DNA of 27,817 bases from an uncultured Anaerolineae bacterium (lineage in GTDB: Bacteria > Chloroflexota > Anaerolineae > B4-G1 > DUEL01), in contig CALDFY010000047.1 in NCBI GenBank assembly GCA_937942115.1, positions 1 to 27,817 on the forward strand, read 5' to 3'. The translations under genes and the position numbers were made by a program. Position 1 is the first letter of the stretch; the number at the start of each line of letters is the position of its first letter. The notes under the pieces were generated by a model that was given only the letters and a program-made list of their open reading frames with translations, was not told the origin of the DNA and made no database searches. Below, piece by piece: positions 7,703-19,310 of this stretch.

Positions 7703-8581
7703 CTATACTGCCATAACGAAGACGGACTTCTCCTCCGGTTGTCCGGCCAATTCGGCCGCCCGCTGCAGTTGCCGGAGAGCCTGCAGGGGTACACCCGCTG
7801 ATCCCAGCGGGGCCCCGGCACCTAACCCGAAGCCGTGAAAGTCGCTCCCTCCGGTCACCAGCAGGTGGTACTGGCGGGCCAGCCGTAACAGCGCCCGGAC
7901 ATCCTCGGGAGAATGGTCGGGATACCAGACCTCTATGCCCTGCAGACCCATTGAAGCCAGCGTCGGAATCTGCTCCACCACGCCCGAGGCCGCCGGATGG
8001 GCCAGTACGGCAACACCTCCTGCCCGCCGGATCAGCCCGATCACCTCTGCGGGCGTCATCCGCAGCCGGGGGACATACGCCGGCCCGTTTCGGCCGATGT
8101 AGCGCTGGAAGGCCTCGCTGATGTCCGAGACGTAGCCCCGGTGGACCATTGCGAGGGCAATGTGGAACCGCCCGATGGCGCAGTCCCTCTGGCAGAAACG
8201 GGCGATCTCCTCCCATTCCAGGGGCATCCCCAGGGCGGCCAACCGGTCCAGCATCTTTCGGGCACGGTGCAACCGGGCGACTCGCATAGAGGCCAACCGG
8301 TCGCCGAGCGGCCCGTCCCAGGGGTCCACATACAGCCCCAGGATATGGAAATCGCCCACCGGCCAGTCCGAACTGATCTCCACCCCCGGGACCACTTCCA
8401 GGCCCGTGCCCCGGGCGGCGGCCCACGCTTCTGGAAGCCCGGCCACCGTATCGTGGTCCGTCAGGGCGATAGCGGCCAATCCCTGTTCCAGCGCCAATCG
8501 CACGACCTCGGCAGGCGTCAGGGATCCGTCCGAAGCAGTGGTGTGAATATGAAGGTCTACGCGGCCTTGCCGGAGTTGCAT
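7703..8581 (-). CDS. PHP-domain metal-dependent phosphoesterase (TrpH/YciV-like)
   Basis: DLHIHTTASDG, ALTDHDT, GVEIS, VLAHP, GIEVWY and TGGSDFHG. Confidence 0.92.
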   Translation of the reverse strand: MQLRQGRVDLHIHTTASDGSLTPAEVVRLALEQGLAAIALTDHDTVAGLPEAWAAARGTGLEVVPGVEISSDWPVGDFHILGLYVDPWDGPLGDRLASMRVARLHRARKMLDRLAALGMPLEWEEIARFCQRDCAIGRFHIALAMVHRGYVSDISEAFQRYIGRNGPAYVPRLRMTPAEVIGLIRRAGGVAVLAHPAASGVVEQIPTLASMGLQGIEVWYPDHSPEDVRALLRLARQYHLLVTGGSDFHGFGLGAGAPLGSAGVPLQALRQLQRAAELAGQPEEKSVFVMAV

Positions 8582-8838
8582 CGGGTCTCCACAGTGAGGT
8601 GGACGGCCGTCCGTTCCTGCCCGTCAATCATCACCTCGGAAAAGGAGGGGATGCAGACGATGTCAATCCCCTCCGGCATCAGGTAACTGCGGGCGATGGC
8701 AACGGCCTTCACGGCCTGGTTGACGGCGCTGGCTCCGATGGCCCGCACATCCACCTTTCCCCGTTCCCGAATGACTCCGGCGATGGCCCCCGCCACAGCA
8801 GTGGAGCGGGAATCGGCAGCGACCTTAATCATTTCCAT
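8557..8838 (-). CDS. spoVS: Stage V sporulation protein S family (Alba-like nucleic-acid-binding fold)
   Basis: IKVAADSR..AVAGAIA..AIGASAVNQAVKAVAIAR..CIPSF signature; AAGGAGG RBS. Confidence 0.93.
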   Translation of the reverse strand: MEMIKVAADSRSTAVAGAIAGVIRERGKVDVRAIGASAVNQAVKAVAIARSYLMPEGIDIVCIPSFSEVMIDGQERTAVHLTVETRCNSGKAA

Positions 8839-8994
8839 TGTGACCTCCTTGTGGCTTCATCGTGGCGACCCGGAAGCCCCGGTTTTTCCCGGACTTCTGC
8901 AAATATCATACACAGAAACGAGCGAAATGGGATTTCCGCCGCGTTACAATTTGGTAACCGGTGGGCAGGTTTTCCAAAAGGCACAGGGACGGCA

Positions 8995-9606
8995 GTGAGC
9001 GCAGGAAGGCATCTGGACGAGGGGCATCTGGTCGCCGCCGCGCAGCGGGGTGACCTGGACGCCTTCAATGAACTGGTGCTGGCCTACCAGGACCGGGTCT
9101 ATAACCTCGCTTACCGTATCCTGGGCGACCCAGCCGCCGCCGAGGACGCTACCCAGGAAACCTTCATTGCCGCCTACCAGCATCTCTCCACCTTTCGGGG
9201 CGGCTCCTTTCTCTCCTGGCTGATGCGCACCGTTGCCCATCGCTGCTACGACGAACTGCGCCGCCACAAGCGCCGCCCCGCTGTCTCCTGGGAATCCTTC
9301 GGTGAGATGGACGAGGAGGCCAATCCGTTTCTGGTCAACGGCCACCCGACGCCGGAGGAAGCGGCCCAGCAGGCGGAACTGACCCGATTCCTCCAGTCGG
9401 CGATCGTCACACTTCCCCCCGACCAGAGAGTGGTGCTGGTCCTTTCGGATGTGGAAGGGATGAATTATCAGGAGATTGCGGATACGGTGGGGATTCCGGT
9501 GGGGACGGTCAAATCCCGCCTGGCGCGGGCCCGGGCCCGTCTGCGGGACCTCCTGCAGGCCCGGGGGGAACTATTGCCCCGCGCGTACCGTCTTGAAGAG
9601 GAGTAA
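8995..9606 (+). CDS. ECF RNA polymerase sigma factor (SigW/SigE-like)
   Basis: Region 2 AFNELVLAYQDRVYNLA..AEDATQETFIAAY..FLSWL and region 4 YQEIADTVGIPVGTVKSRLARAR. GTG start chosen at 8995. Confidence 0.92.
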   Translation: MSAGRHLDEGHLVAAAQRGDLDAFNELVLAYQDRVYNLAYRILGDPAAAEDATQETFIAAYQHLSTFRGGSFLSWLMRTVAHRCYDELRRHKRRPAVSWESFGEMDEEANPFLVNGHPTPEEAAQQAELTRFLQSAIVTLPPDQRVVLVLSDVEGMNYQEIADTVGIPVGTVKSRLARARARLRDLLQARGELLPRAYRLEEE

Positions 9607-9614
9607 ATGTTTAG

Positions 9615-9717
9615 CCCACCCCTCCCCCGCCGCCTGCGGCGGCACCCCCTCCCCTCTCCTGACCGAAGGTCAGGAGAGGGGAGGGGGTAGCGGCGAAGCC
9701 GCTGGGGGTGGGGTGAG
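9615..9717. repeat. CCCTC/GAGGG-type nested palindromic intergenic repeat
   Basis: CTCTCCTGACC-gaa-GGTCAGGAGAG core flanked by pyrimidine and purine arms and small hairpins; similar modules at 13370-13680. Confidence 0.7.
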
Positions 9718-9747
9718 AAGGGCTGAATCGTTGCGAAGAGGTTTGAC

Positions 9748-10650
9748 ATGCCGGGAAAGAACCGAGGCCGGGAACGGGTAGATGAATGGCTGTCGGCATA
9801 CATAGACGGGGCGCTGAGCCCCCGGGAGCGGGCCCGATTGGAGGCCCGCCTGGCTCAGGATGCCGACCTGCGCGCGCGGCTGGAATCACTGCAACGGACG
9901 GTGGCACTGGTCCGGGGTCTCCCTCCTGTTCCCGCGCCCCGCAACTTCCTGCTGACCCCCGCGATGGTCCACCCGCTCGCGCCGGTGGCCCACCGGCCCG
10001 CGCCGAAGGCCCGCCGGCTGGCCCCCGCGCTGACCTTCGCGACCGTCATCAGCGGACTCCTCTGCATCGTCCTGCTGGTGGGGAATCTCCTCACCCCCGG
10101 CTGGGGTGGGCCAGGGGCTGCTGCTCCGGCACCGATGATCGCCTACGAGACAGAGGGCTCCCCCGAAGCCGGGCAAGCCGAGGAAACAGCAAAACGAGCC
10201 CTACCGCTTTCGGAGGCCGTCCCCACCGAGACGGCCCCGCCGGCCAGTGCGGCCGCCGTCTCCGAAACCGCCGTCCCGGAGATGCGAGTCTGGAGCGAGG
10301 AGACCCCTTCTCCGCTGGAAGGACCCTTCCCTCCAGAGATGGGGGGCATCGGCGGCGGAGGAGCGGCGCCGGGGCCGTCCCTGCGGGAACCCGGGGAGCC
10401 GGAGGAGCCGGAGGCAGAAGCACTCCCCATACCGACTCCGGAACCACAACCTCCGGAACGGGCAGCGGCGGCGGGGGAAGCGACACCGGCCGCCATCCCG
10501 GCCGTGGAAGTAACGCCAACCTCCCCGCCGGTGGAGACGTCGGAGGCCCCAACCCCATTGCCTCTCGCCTCCTGGCTGCCGGTAGGAGGGCTGGCCCTGC
10601 TGACGGCGGTTCTCGCCGTCCTCTCCGTTCGGGCTTGGCGGGCCCAATAG
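9748..10650 (+). CDS. Putative membrane-anchored anti-sigma factor
   Basis: N-terminal EWLSAYIDGALSPRERARLE anti-sigma-like domain, a TM helix, a P/A/E-rich region and a C-terminal TM helix; directly downstream of the ECF sigma. Confidence 0.8.
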   Translation: MPGKNRGRERVDEWLSAYIDGALSPRERARLEARLAQDADLRARLESLQRTVALVRGLPPVPAPRNFLLTPAMVHPLAPVAHRPAPKARRLAPALTFATVISGLLCIVLLVGNLLTPGWGGPGAAAPAPMIAYETEGSPEAGQAEETAKRALPLSEAVPTETAPPASAAAVSETAVPEMRVWSEETPSPLEGPFPPEMGGIGGGGAAPGPSLREPGEPEEPEAEALPIPTPEPQPPERAAAAGEATPAAIPAVEVTPTSPPVETSEAPTPLPLASWLPVGGLALLTAVLAVLSVRAWRAQ

Positions 10651-10651
10651 C

Positions 10652-10686
10652 CCTGCTCCTGCGCCCTGCGACTTGCGACCTGCGCC
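10652..10686. repeat. Short heptamer repeat (CCTGCGC/CCTGCGA/CTTGCGA)
   Basis: TGC recurs at 10660, 10667, 10674 and 10681; same family at 15594-15625 and 25369-25394. Confidence 0.65.
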
Positions 10687-11193
10687 ATGGCTGAACATCT
10701 GGAACTGAACTTCTGCCCCCAATGCGGCCATCCGCTCCAGGACCGGGAAGCCTACGGTCGGGTGCGGCGGTACTGCCCGGTGTGTGACCGTCTCATCTTC
10801 CGCGACCCTAAAGTGGCCGCCGCCGTGCTGGTGGAAAAAGAGGGGAAAGTCCTGCTGATCCGACGGGCTTTCGGGCCGTTCAAGGGACGGTGGAGCCTGC
10901 CCGCCGGCTTCGTGGAGTACGACGAAGACCCGGCCACCACAGCCGTCCGGGAATGTCTGGAGGAGACGGGATTGGAGGTTCGGCTAACGGGGTTGCTGGA
11001 CGTCCTCCCCGGGGAAGGGCTGCCGGGGGAGGCGAATTTCACCGTGGTGTACCGGGGGGAAATTGAGGGCGGCACCCTTCGGGCCGGAGACGATGCCCGG
11101 ATCGTGGGATTTTTCGGGCCGGACGAATTGCCGCCGCTGGCCTTCGCCTCCACCCGTCGGGTGCTGGAGCGCTGGCGAAGCGCGCACGATTAA
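10687..11193 (+). CDS. NUDIX hydrolase with N-terminal zinc ribbon
   Basis: FCPQCG..YCPVC zinc ribbon and Nudix box GFVEYDEDPATTAVRECLEETGL. Confidence 0.92.
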   Translation: MAEHLELNFCPQCGHPLQDREAYGRVRRYCPVCDRLIFRDPKVAAAVLVEKEGKVLLIRRAFGPFKGRWSLPAGFVEYDEDPATTAVRECLEETGLEVRLTGLLDVLPGEGLPGEANFTVVYRGEIEGGTLRAGDDARIVGFFGPDELPPLAFASTRRVLERWRSAHD

Positions 11194-12521
11194 TCTTGCG
11201 CTCTCAGACTGGCCTGGCAGGAGTCCGCCGCCTCCTTCAGTCGGGAGGCGGGGTCTTCACCCCCCGCGACCGCGCTGACCATCGCCCCTAAAATCTCCCG
11301 ACACCGCTCATAGCCAGGGACCGCCGGTTCTACCACCGCGTCCGACTCCAGCAGGGCGAGGGCGTCAGCGTACTGGGGAATCTCCTCCAGGAGTGCCGCC
11401 TGGGCCTCCGGGGAAAGCCGACGATGGGGAAGGTAGCCGTAGGCGGAGACCCAGCGGTCCTGCTGAGGCTGTTCGTTCATCCAGCGGATCACCAGCCATG
11501 CCGCCAGTTGTCGCCGGGGAGCAGTGGGCGGGATAAACCAGGAGAGGCCGAAAAGGTCGGCGGCCGGCGCGCCGGAGATGGTCGGCATTGACGCCACCGC
11601 CCAATCCAGCCCTCCCCGCTTCGCGGCGACCTGGCGGTAGTGCGGGATGTGCACGGTGCTGCTGAGGACAAAGAGCACTCTCCCGGCCCCGAAATCCGCC
11701 TCCGCCTGCTCCCGGCGGGCCTCCCGAAGCGCGCATCCCTCCTGCACCAGGGCCTGTAGAAACGCCAGCGCCTCCTGGCCTTCGGTACTTCCGAAAGCAT
11801 ACGCCGTCCCGTCGGCATTCATCATCCGCCCACCCCAACTGATGAGCAGGCGAGTGAACGTGCGGTCACTGGCGGCAAACTCGTAGCCGTAGACGCCGCT
11901 GGTCGGGTCCGACGCGGCGCAGGCCATCTCCCGGAACTCCTCCCACGTGCGGGGGGGATGGTCGTAGCCCAACTGGTGGAGCCGCCCCCGGTTGTAGACG
12001 AGAAGCCCGGCCGAGAGGGCGAAGGGAAACCCATACCGTCCGGGTGGCCGGCTCAGTTGCCCGACCTCCAGGACGGAGGGGAAGAACTCCTCCATTTCCC
12101 CCGCCGGGAATCCCCACCGGCGGCTCTTCAGATAGGGCGTCTGTTCCACGGCCAACCCCTCCGCCGCGACCGCCGCCAGGTAACCGGGAGAGACGATGGC
12201 CAGGTCGGGCAGTTTCCCCGCCGGAGCCCCCTCCCGGATCCGCGCGTACAGGGCGGCAGAGTCCTCCATACGTTCCCCCCGCACCGCGATCCCCCACCGG
12301 TTGGTCCCGTTGAACCGGTCCAGCATCGCCAGCAAGGCATCCTCATGGGACGCAGAATACCAGACGGTGATAACTTCCCCCCGGGGGTCCAGGTTCTCCA
12401 GGTCGCCGTACAGGGAAACCGTTGCCCCCACAGAGGAAGGGCGCGGGGGTTGTCCGGCACACCCCGCCCCTATCAGGCTGATCACCAGTACGATGAAGAT
12501 ACCTGCGCGTTGAGTCTTCAA
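11190..12521 (-). CDS. Extracellular solute-binding lipoprotein (ABC sugar/UgpB-like family)
   Basis: Signal peptide with lipobox LIGAG-C; GKLPDLAI, YGFPF, LVYN..L, PPRTWEEF and F.AGRV SBP cluster-D-like motifs. TTG start overlaps the upstream gene's stop. Confidence 0.85.
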   Translation of the reverse strand: MKTQRAGIFIVLVISLIGAGCAGQPPRPSSVGATVSLYGDLENLDPRGEVITVWYSASHEDALLAMLDRFNGTNRWGIAVRGERMEDSAALYARIREGAPAGKLPDLAIVSPGYLAAVAAEGLAVEQTPYLKSRRWGFPAGEMEEFFPSVLEVGQLSRPPGRYGFPFALSAGLLVYNRGRLHQLGYDHPPRTWEEFREMACAASDPTSGVYGYEFAASDRTFTRLLISWGGRMMNADGTAYAFGSTEGQEALAFLQALVQEGCALREARREQAEADFGAGRVLFVLSSTVHIPHYRQVAAKRGGLDWAVASMPTISGAPAADLFGLSWFIPPTAPRRQLAAWLVIRWMNEQPQQDRWVSAYGYLPHRRLSPEAQAALLEEIPQYADALALLESDAVVEPAVPGYERCREILGAMVSAVAGGEDPASRLKEAADSCQASLRAQD

Positions 12522-13159
12522 CCCGTGCTCCTTATCCGGTACAGTTTGGCCGGACGACCGTCCACCCGCCGGTATCCCCCCGTCTCCTGAAGAACCCCGG
12601 AGGCCAGGATTTGACGGCGAAAAGCCCGCCGGTCCAATTTCTCACCGAGGACGAGTTCGTAAGCGGTCTGCAATTCGCCCAGCGTGAACGTCTCCGGCAG
12701 AAATTCGGCGACGATGGCCGGGCATTCCCGTTTGTGGCGGAGATGCTCCAGGGCGCGGGCCAGGATGCGGTCGTGGTCAAAGGCCAGAGGGGGGAGGGCG
12801 CGCACGGACCACCAGCGGGCCTCGGCGGCGTCATCGCCTGCCCGGGGCTGAACCCGGTCGGCCCGGACCAGGGCCAGGTACGCCACGGTGATGGTCCGCC
12901 CGCGCGGGTCCCGTCCGGGGTCCCCGAACGTATGGAACTGCTCCAGATAGACGCCCCGGACGCCGGTCTCTTCCTCCAACTCCCGCGCGGCGGCTGTCTC
13001 CAGCGATTCGTCTATATCCACGAATCCCCCGGGAATCGCCCACATCCCGGCGAAGGGGGGATTCCGCCGCCGGATCAGCAGGACCTGCAGGTCGTTCTCC
13101 CGCAGGGTGAAGATGACGACGTCCACCGTCACCATGGGCCTGGGGTATTCTCCCGTCAT
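12518..13159 (-). CDS. NrtR-like protein: NUDIX domain plus C-terminal winged helix-turn-helix
   Basis: VTVDVVIF, WAIPGGFVDIDESLETAAARELEEETG, PPLAFDH..I and wHTH FTLGELQ.AYE.VLG..LDRR.FRR..GRPAKLYR. Start ATG 13159 follows a GGGGAGG RBS. Confidence 0.85.
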   Translation of the reverse strand: MTGEYPRPMVTVDVVIFTLRENDLQVLLIRRRNPPFAGMWAIPGGFVDIDESLETAAARELEEETGVRGVYLEQFHTFGDPGRDPRGRTITVAYLALVRADRVQPRAGDDAAEARWWSVRALPPLAFDHDRILARALEHLRHKRECPAIVAEFLPETFTLGELQTAYELVLGEKLDRRAFRRQILASGVLQETGGYRRVDGRPAKLYRIRSTG

Positions 13160-13179
13160 CCCGCTCATCCTCCCCGCAT

Positions 13180-13229
13180 AGTATAACCGACCCGGCGAGT
13201 TTGGCAACTCTTTTTCTCTGGGGTATAAT
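13180..13229. promoter_or_regulatory. Back-to-back sigma70-type promoters with overlapping -35 elements
   Basis: Plus strand: TTGGCA(13201-13206)-17-TATAAT(13224-13229). Minus strand: TTGCCA(13207-13202)-16-TATACT(13185-13180). Palindrome GAGTT-tggc-AACTC at 13197-13210. Confidence 0.55.
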
Positions 13230-13260
13230 CCAATAACAATGCCTGCCCGATGCTCCAGCA

Positions 13261-13328
13261 TCGGGCTCAGATGCGAAGCCCCTCCGGGGCTCACGGATAG
13301 CCCGCCGGGCCTGGCCTTCTGAGCCCGA
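13261..13328. repeat. GGCTCAGA...TCTGAGCC hairpin repeat, copy A1
   Basis: 11-bp terminal IR TCGGGCTCAGA/TCTGAGCCCGA. The core GCTCAGATGCGAAGCCCC..GGGGCT..CGGATAGCCCG recurs at 14134-14198; partial copy at 13737-13771. Confidence 0.8.
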
Positions 13329-13369
13329 CCGTTTTGCAAATGGAAAAATTATTGGGCAGTCCACCGGGA

Positions 13370-13680
13370 CTCTCCCTCACCCCACCCCCTGCCCCCTCCC
13401 CTCTTCCGCTCGCCTTCGGCGGCAGAGTCCTCACCCCTCCCCCGACCCCTCCCCTCTCCCGAACTTCGTTCGGGAGAGGGGAGGGGAGAAAGGAGGGGGA
13501 TTTTTGGGCGGGCGACGAAGCCGCCCGCCCAAAAACCCCTTTCCCCACCCCCCTTTCCCCAGAGCGGAGCGATGGGGAGAGGGGGGCAAGGGGGGGGAGG
13601 GGCGAAGAAGCCCGCCGCCCGCCCAGAACAAGAGGGGCGCAAAAAACCTACACTTGTGAGGGGGCAAGGGGGGATGAGAG
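13370..13680. repeat. Cluster of CCCCTCTCCC/GGGAGAGGGG palindromic repeats
   Basis: Examples: CCCCTCTCCCGAAC-ttc-GTTCGGGAGAGGGG and TTTTTGGGCGGGCG..CGCCCGCCCAAAAA; alternating pyrimidine and purine tracts. Confidence 0.75.
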
Positions 13681-13807
13681 GGCAAAGTCCATCTCAGGCG
13701 ATTGCCCAAATAATTTGTTATTGTTAAACGCAATACGGTCGGGCGGAGATTTTGCCGTTCTGAGCCCGACCCGCTTACACTCGGGCGGAGGGCCTCCCCT
13801 CTCTTCC

Positions 13808-14078
13808 CATAGGCGTTAACTTAAGGCTTCGGCTCTCCGCTTCCCGCCGCCTCGGACGCCGATGGGAAATCGGCCTCCCCCGGGGGCAACCGCAAGGGTT
13901 GCCCCTACGCTTCGCGTCGGGCGTCAACCTGCGTTGACGCCCTTCTCAGGAGGTCGGCGAAGGCCGACCTTGTTGCGAACGAAGTGAAGGGACCCGGCCG
14001 AAGGCCCAAAGAGGCTGGCTTCAGTCAGCGCCCGAGGCGGCGACCCAACTGGCGCAGCCCCCTAAGTTAACGCATATG
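13808..14078. mobile_element. MITE-like non-autonomous element, copy 2 (271 bp, complete)
   Basis: Left TIR CATAGGCGTTAACTTAAGG; right TIR (reverse complement) CATATGCGTTAACTTAGGG. About 95% identical by eye to copy 1 in inverted orientation; no transposase. Confidence 0.8.
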
Positions 14079-14133
14079 GGGGGGATAAAGGGGGGTGGGG
14101 GCAAATGTTCGCACCATTGGGCGAAAAGCCCCT

Positions 14134-14198
14134 GGCTCAGATGCGAAGCCCCTTTCAGGGGCTTCCGGATAGCCCGTCAGGGCTTTGGTATCTGAGCC
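14134..14198. repeat. GGCTCAGA...TCTGAGCC hairpin repeat, copy A2
   Basis: Direct-orientation homolog of 13261-13328. Confidence 0.75.
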
Positions 14199-14284
14199 TG
14201 CCGCTTCAGCGGCGGGCGGAAGTGGGCATCCCAGCCATCAGGGTAGGTAGTAGCACATTTATCAACATTTGCAAACATGAAGAG

Positions 14285-14333
14285 ACCGCAGAATACACAG
14301 AGCAGCATCTTTGCTCTCTGTGTTCTCTGCGGT
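14285..14333. repeat. ACACAGAG-type inverted repeat downstream of the ADH gene
   Basis: ACCGCAGAATACACAGAG / CTCTGTGTTCTCTGCGGT (16/18 complementary); related motif at 23917-23986. Confidence 0.65.
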
Positions 14334-14385
14334 GAGTTTTTGCAGTGGACTCAAACGGAGGACGAAGGTGGCCGCCCCTCGTCGG

Positions 14386-15549
14386 TCAGAAATCCACCTC
14401 CCGGCCCTCGTAGGCGTACTGGAAGAGTCGGCGGAGTTCGTCGTAGGATGGCGCGCGGACGGCGGTGACCATCTGGGTGTCGTTGAAGGCGTCGTCCACC
14501 ATCTTATCCAGTTGAGCCTCGTGGGCCTCCCGCTCCACGCCCGCCTCGGCGACCGAGAGGGGGCTTCCAATCTGCTGGGCCAGGTCGCGGATACGGCGGG
14601 CCAGGGCGCGCGCCCCCTCCTCGCCGCCGGCCTGGGAGCAACCGGTCAGCGCGGCCAGTTCGGCGAACCGCTCCGGCGCCTCCCGGGCGCAGAATTCAAT
14701 GGTGTACGGAAGGTAAATGCCCACCGCGCGCCCGTGGGGGATGTGGAACGTGGCACCCAGCGTGTGGCCCATGGCGTGGGCCATAGAGGCCATAGCGTTT
14801 CCGAAACCCATACCGGCGATGGTGGCGGCGTTGTGCATCCGCTCCCGGGCCTCCATATCGGAGCCGTCGGCCACCGCGCGCGGCAGGTACTGAAAGACCA
14901 GGCGGGCCGCCTGGATGCAGAGGCCGTCGCTGATGTCGTTGTGCCAAGTACAGGTGTACCCCTCCACCGCGTGGGTCAGCGCGTCCATGCCGGTATCTGC
15001 CGTCAGCCGGGGCGGCATACCGACCGTCAGCGCGGGGTCCACGATGGCCATGTCGGCGACGTTCTCCCGATTCCCCAGCCCCATTTTCCGCTGCTCCTCG
15101 GTGTCGGTGAGGACGATGGCCCAGGTAATCTCCGCGCCGGTGCCGCTGGTAGTGGGGATGGTGATGAGGCGGGCCTTCTGGCGCAGCCCCAGGCGGACGA
15201 AGGGGTTGATCTCCGCCGGATGGAGGTCGGGCCGTTCGTAGAGAATCCAGATGGCTTTGGCCGCGTCCATCGGCGAGCCGCCGCCCAGGCCGATGATCCA
15301 ATCCGGCTCAAAGGCGCGGGCGACCTCGGCCCCGCGCAGGACCGTTGCCACGCTGGGGTCCGGCTCCACCTCGTCAAAGACCCGGACTTCCAGCCCGGCG
15401 TTCTTCAGGTGGAGCAGGACTTTGTCCACGATGCCCAGTTTCACCAGGGTGGTGTCGGTGACGATGAGCGCGCGACGGCCCTCCAGTTCGTCCAGGGCAT
15501 CCAGCGCGCCCTCCCCGAAGACAACCTGAGGGGAGACGAAATACCACAT
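14386..15549 (-). CDS. Iron-containing alcohol dehydrogenase
   Basis: [30 protein letters not shown] and AHAMGH..IPHG. Start ATG 15549 follows a CAGGAGG RBS. Confidence 0.95.
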   Translation of the reverse strand: MWYFVSPQVVFGEGALDALDELEGRRALIVTDTTLVKLGIVDKVLLHLKNAGLEVRVFDEVEPDPSVATVLRGAEVARAFEPDWIIGLGGGSPMDAAKAIWILYERPDLHPAEINPFVRLGLRQKARLITIPTTSGTGAEITWAIVLTDTEEQRKMGLGNRENVADMAIVDPALTVGMPPRLTADTGMDALTHAVEGYTCTWHNDISDGLCIQAARLVFQYLPRAVADGSDMEARERMHNAATIAGMGFGNAMASMAHAMGHTLGATFHIPHGRAVGIYLPYTIEFCAREAPERFAELAALTGCSQAGGEEGARALARRIRDLAQQIGSPLSVAEAGVEREAHEAQLDKMVDDAFNDTQMVTAVRAPSYDELRRLFQYAYEGREVDF

Positions 15550-15621
15550 GTTGGCCTCCTGGTACACGGTGTGTGAAACTGAAACGGGAAATGCGACATG
15601 CTCCCTGCGACCTGCGCCCTG

Positions 15622-19152
<3,531 letters not shown>

Positions 19153-19159
19153 TCATTTC

Positions 19160-19188
19160 ATTTTACCACAGGTCACGGAAGAGGCCAA
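19160..19188 (-). promoter_or_regulatory. Putative gyrB promoter
   Basis: TTGGCC-17 bp-TAAAAT with extended TG on the minus strand, just upstream of the GGAGGAG RBS. Confidence 0.55.
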
Positions 19189-19215
19189 AATGAAGTACGC
19201 ATCTTATCCGTTTTG

Positions 19216-19224
19216 TGGTATACT
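19216..19224 (+). promoter_or_regulatory. Putative extended -10 promoter for the response-regulator operon
   Basis: TG-g-TATACT at 19216-19224, divergent from gyrB. Confidence 0.45.
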
Positions 19225-19310
19225 AACTCCCGAAGATGCTTTCAGGGGGGCGATTCGTGGATGTCGGGGAATCACCTTCGGAATGTCCTTCCAGGAGAGA
19301 GGAGGGGGCC

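Noticed and set aside
7382-7801. 139-aa ORF across the tandem repeat
   Set aside because: Unit lengths of 91-92 bp shift the frame, there is no RBS, and it runs through the terminator hairpin and overlaps the PHP gene antisense.
8557-8838. spoVS as evidence of sporulation
   Set aside because: SpoVS homologs are widespread in non-sporulating lineages and no other spo genes are present here.
13291-13819. Pro/Gly-rich ORFs in the repeat field
   Set aside because: Translations of CCCTC/GAGGG palindromes on both strands, with no RBS or domain signal.
13808-14078. Integron attC site or dif site interpretation of the GTTAAC-containing ends
   Set aside because: No integrase or cassette context, and the ends are symmetric TIRs that better match IS4-family termini.
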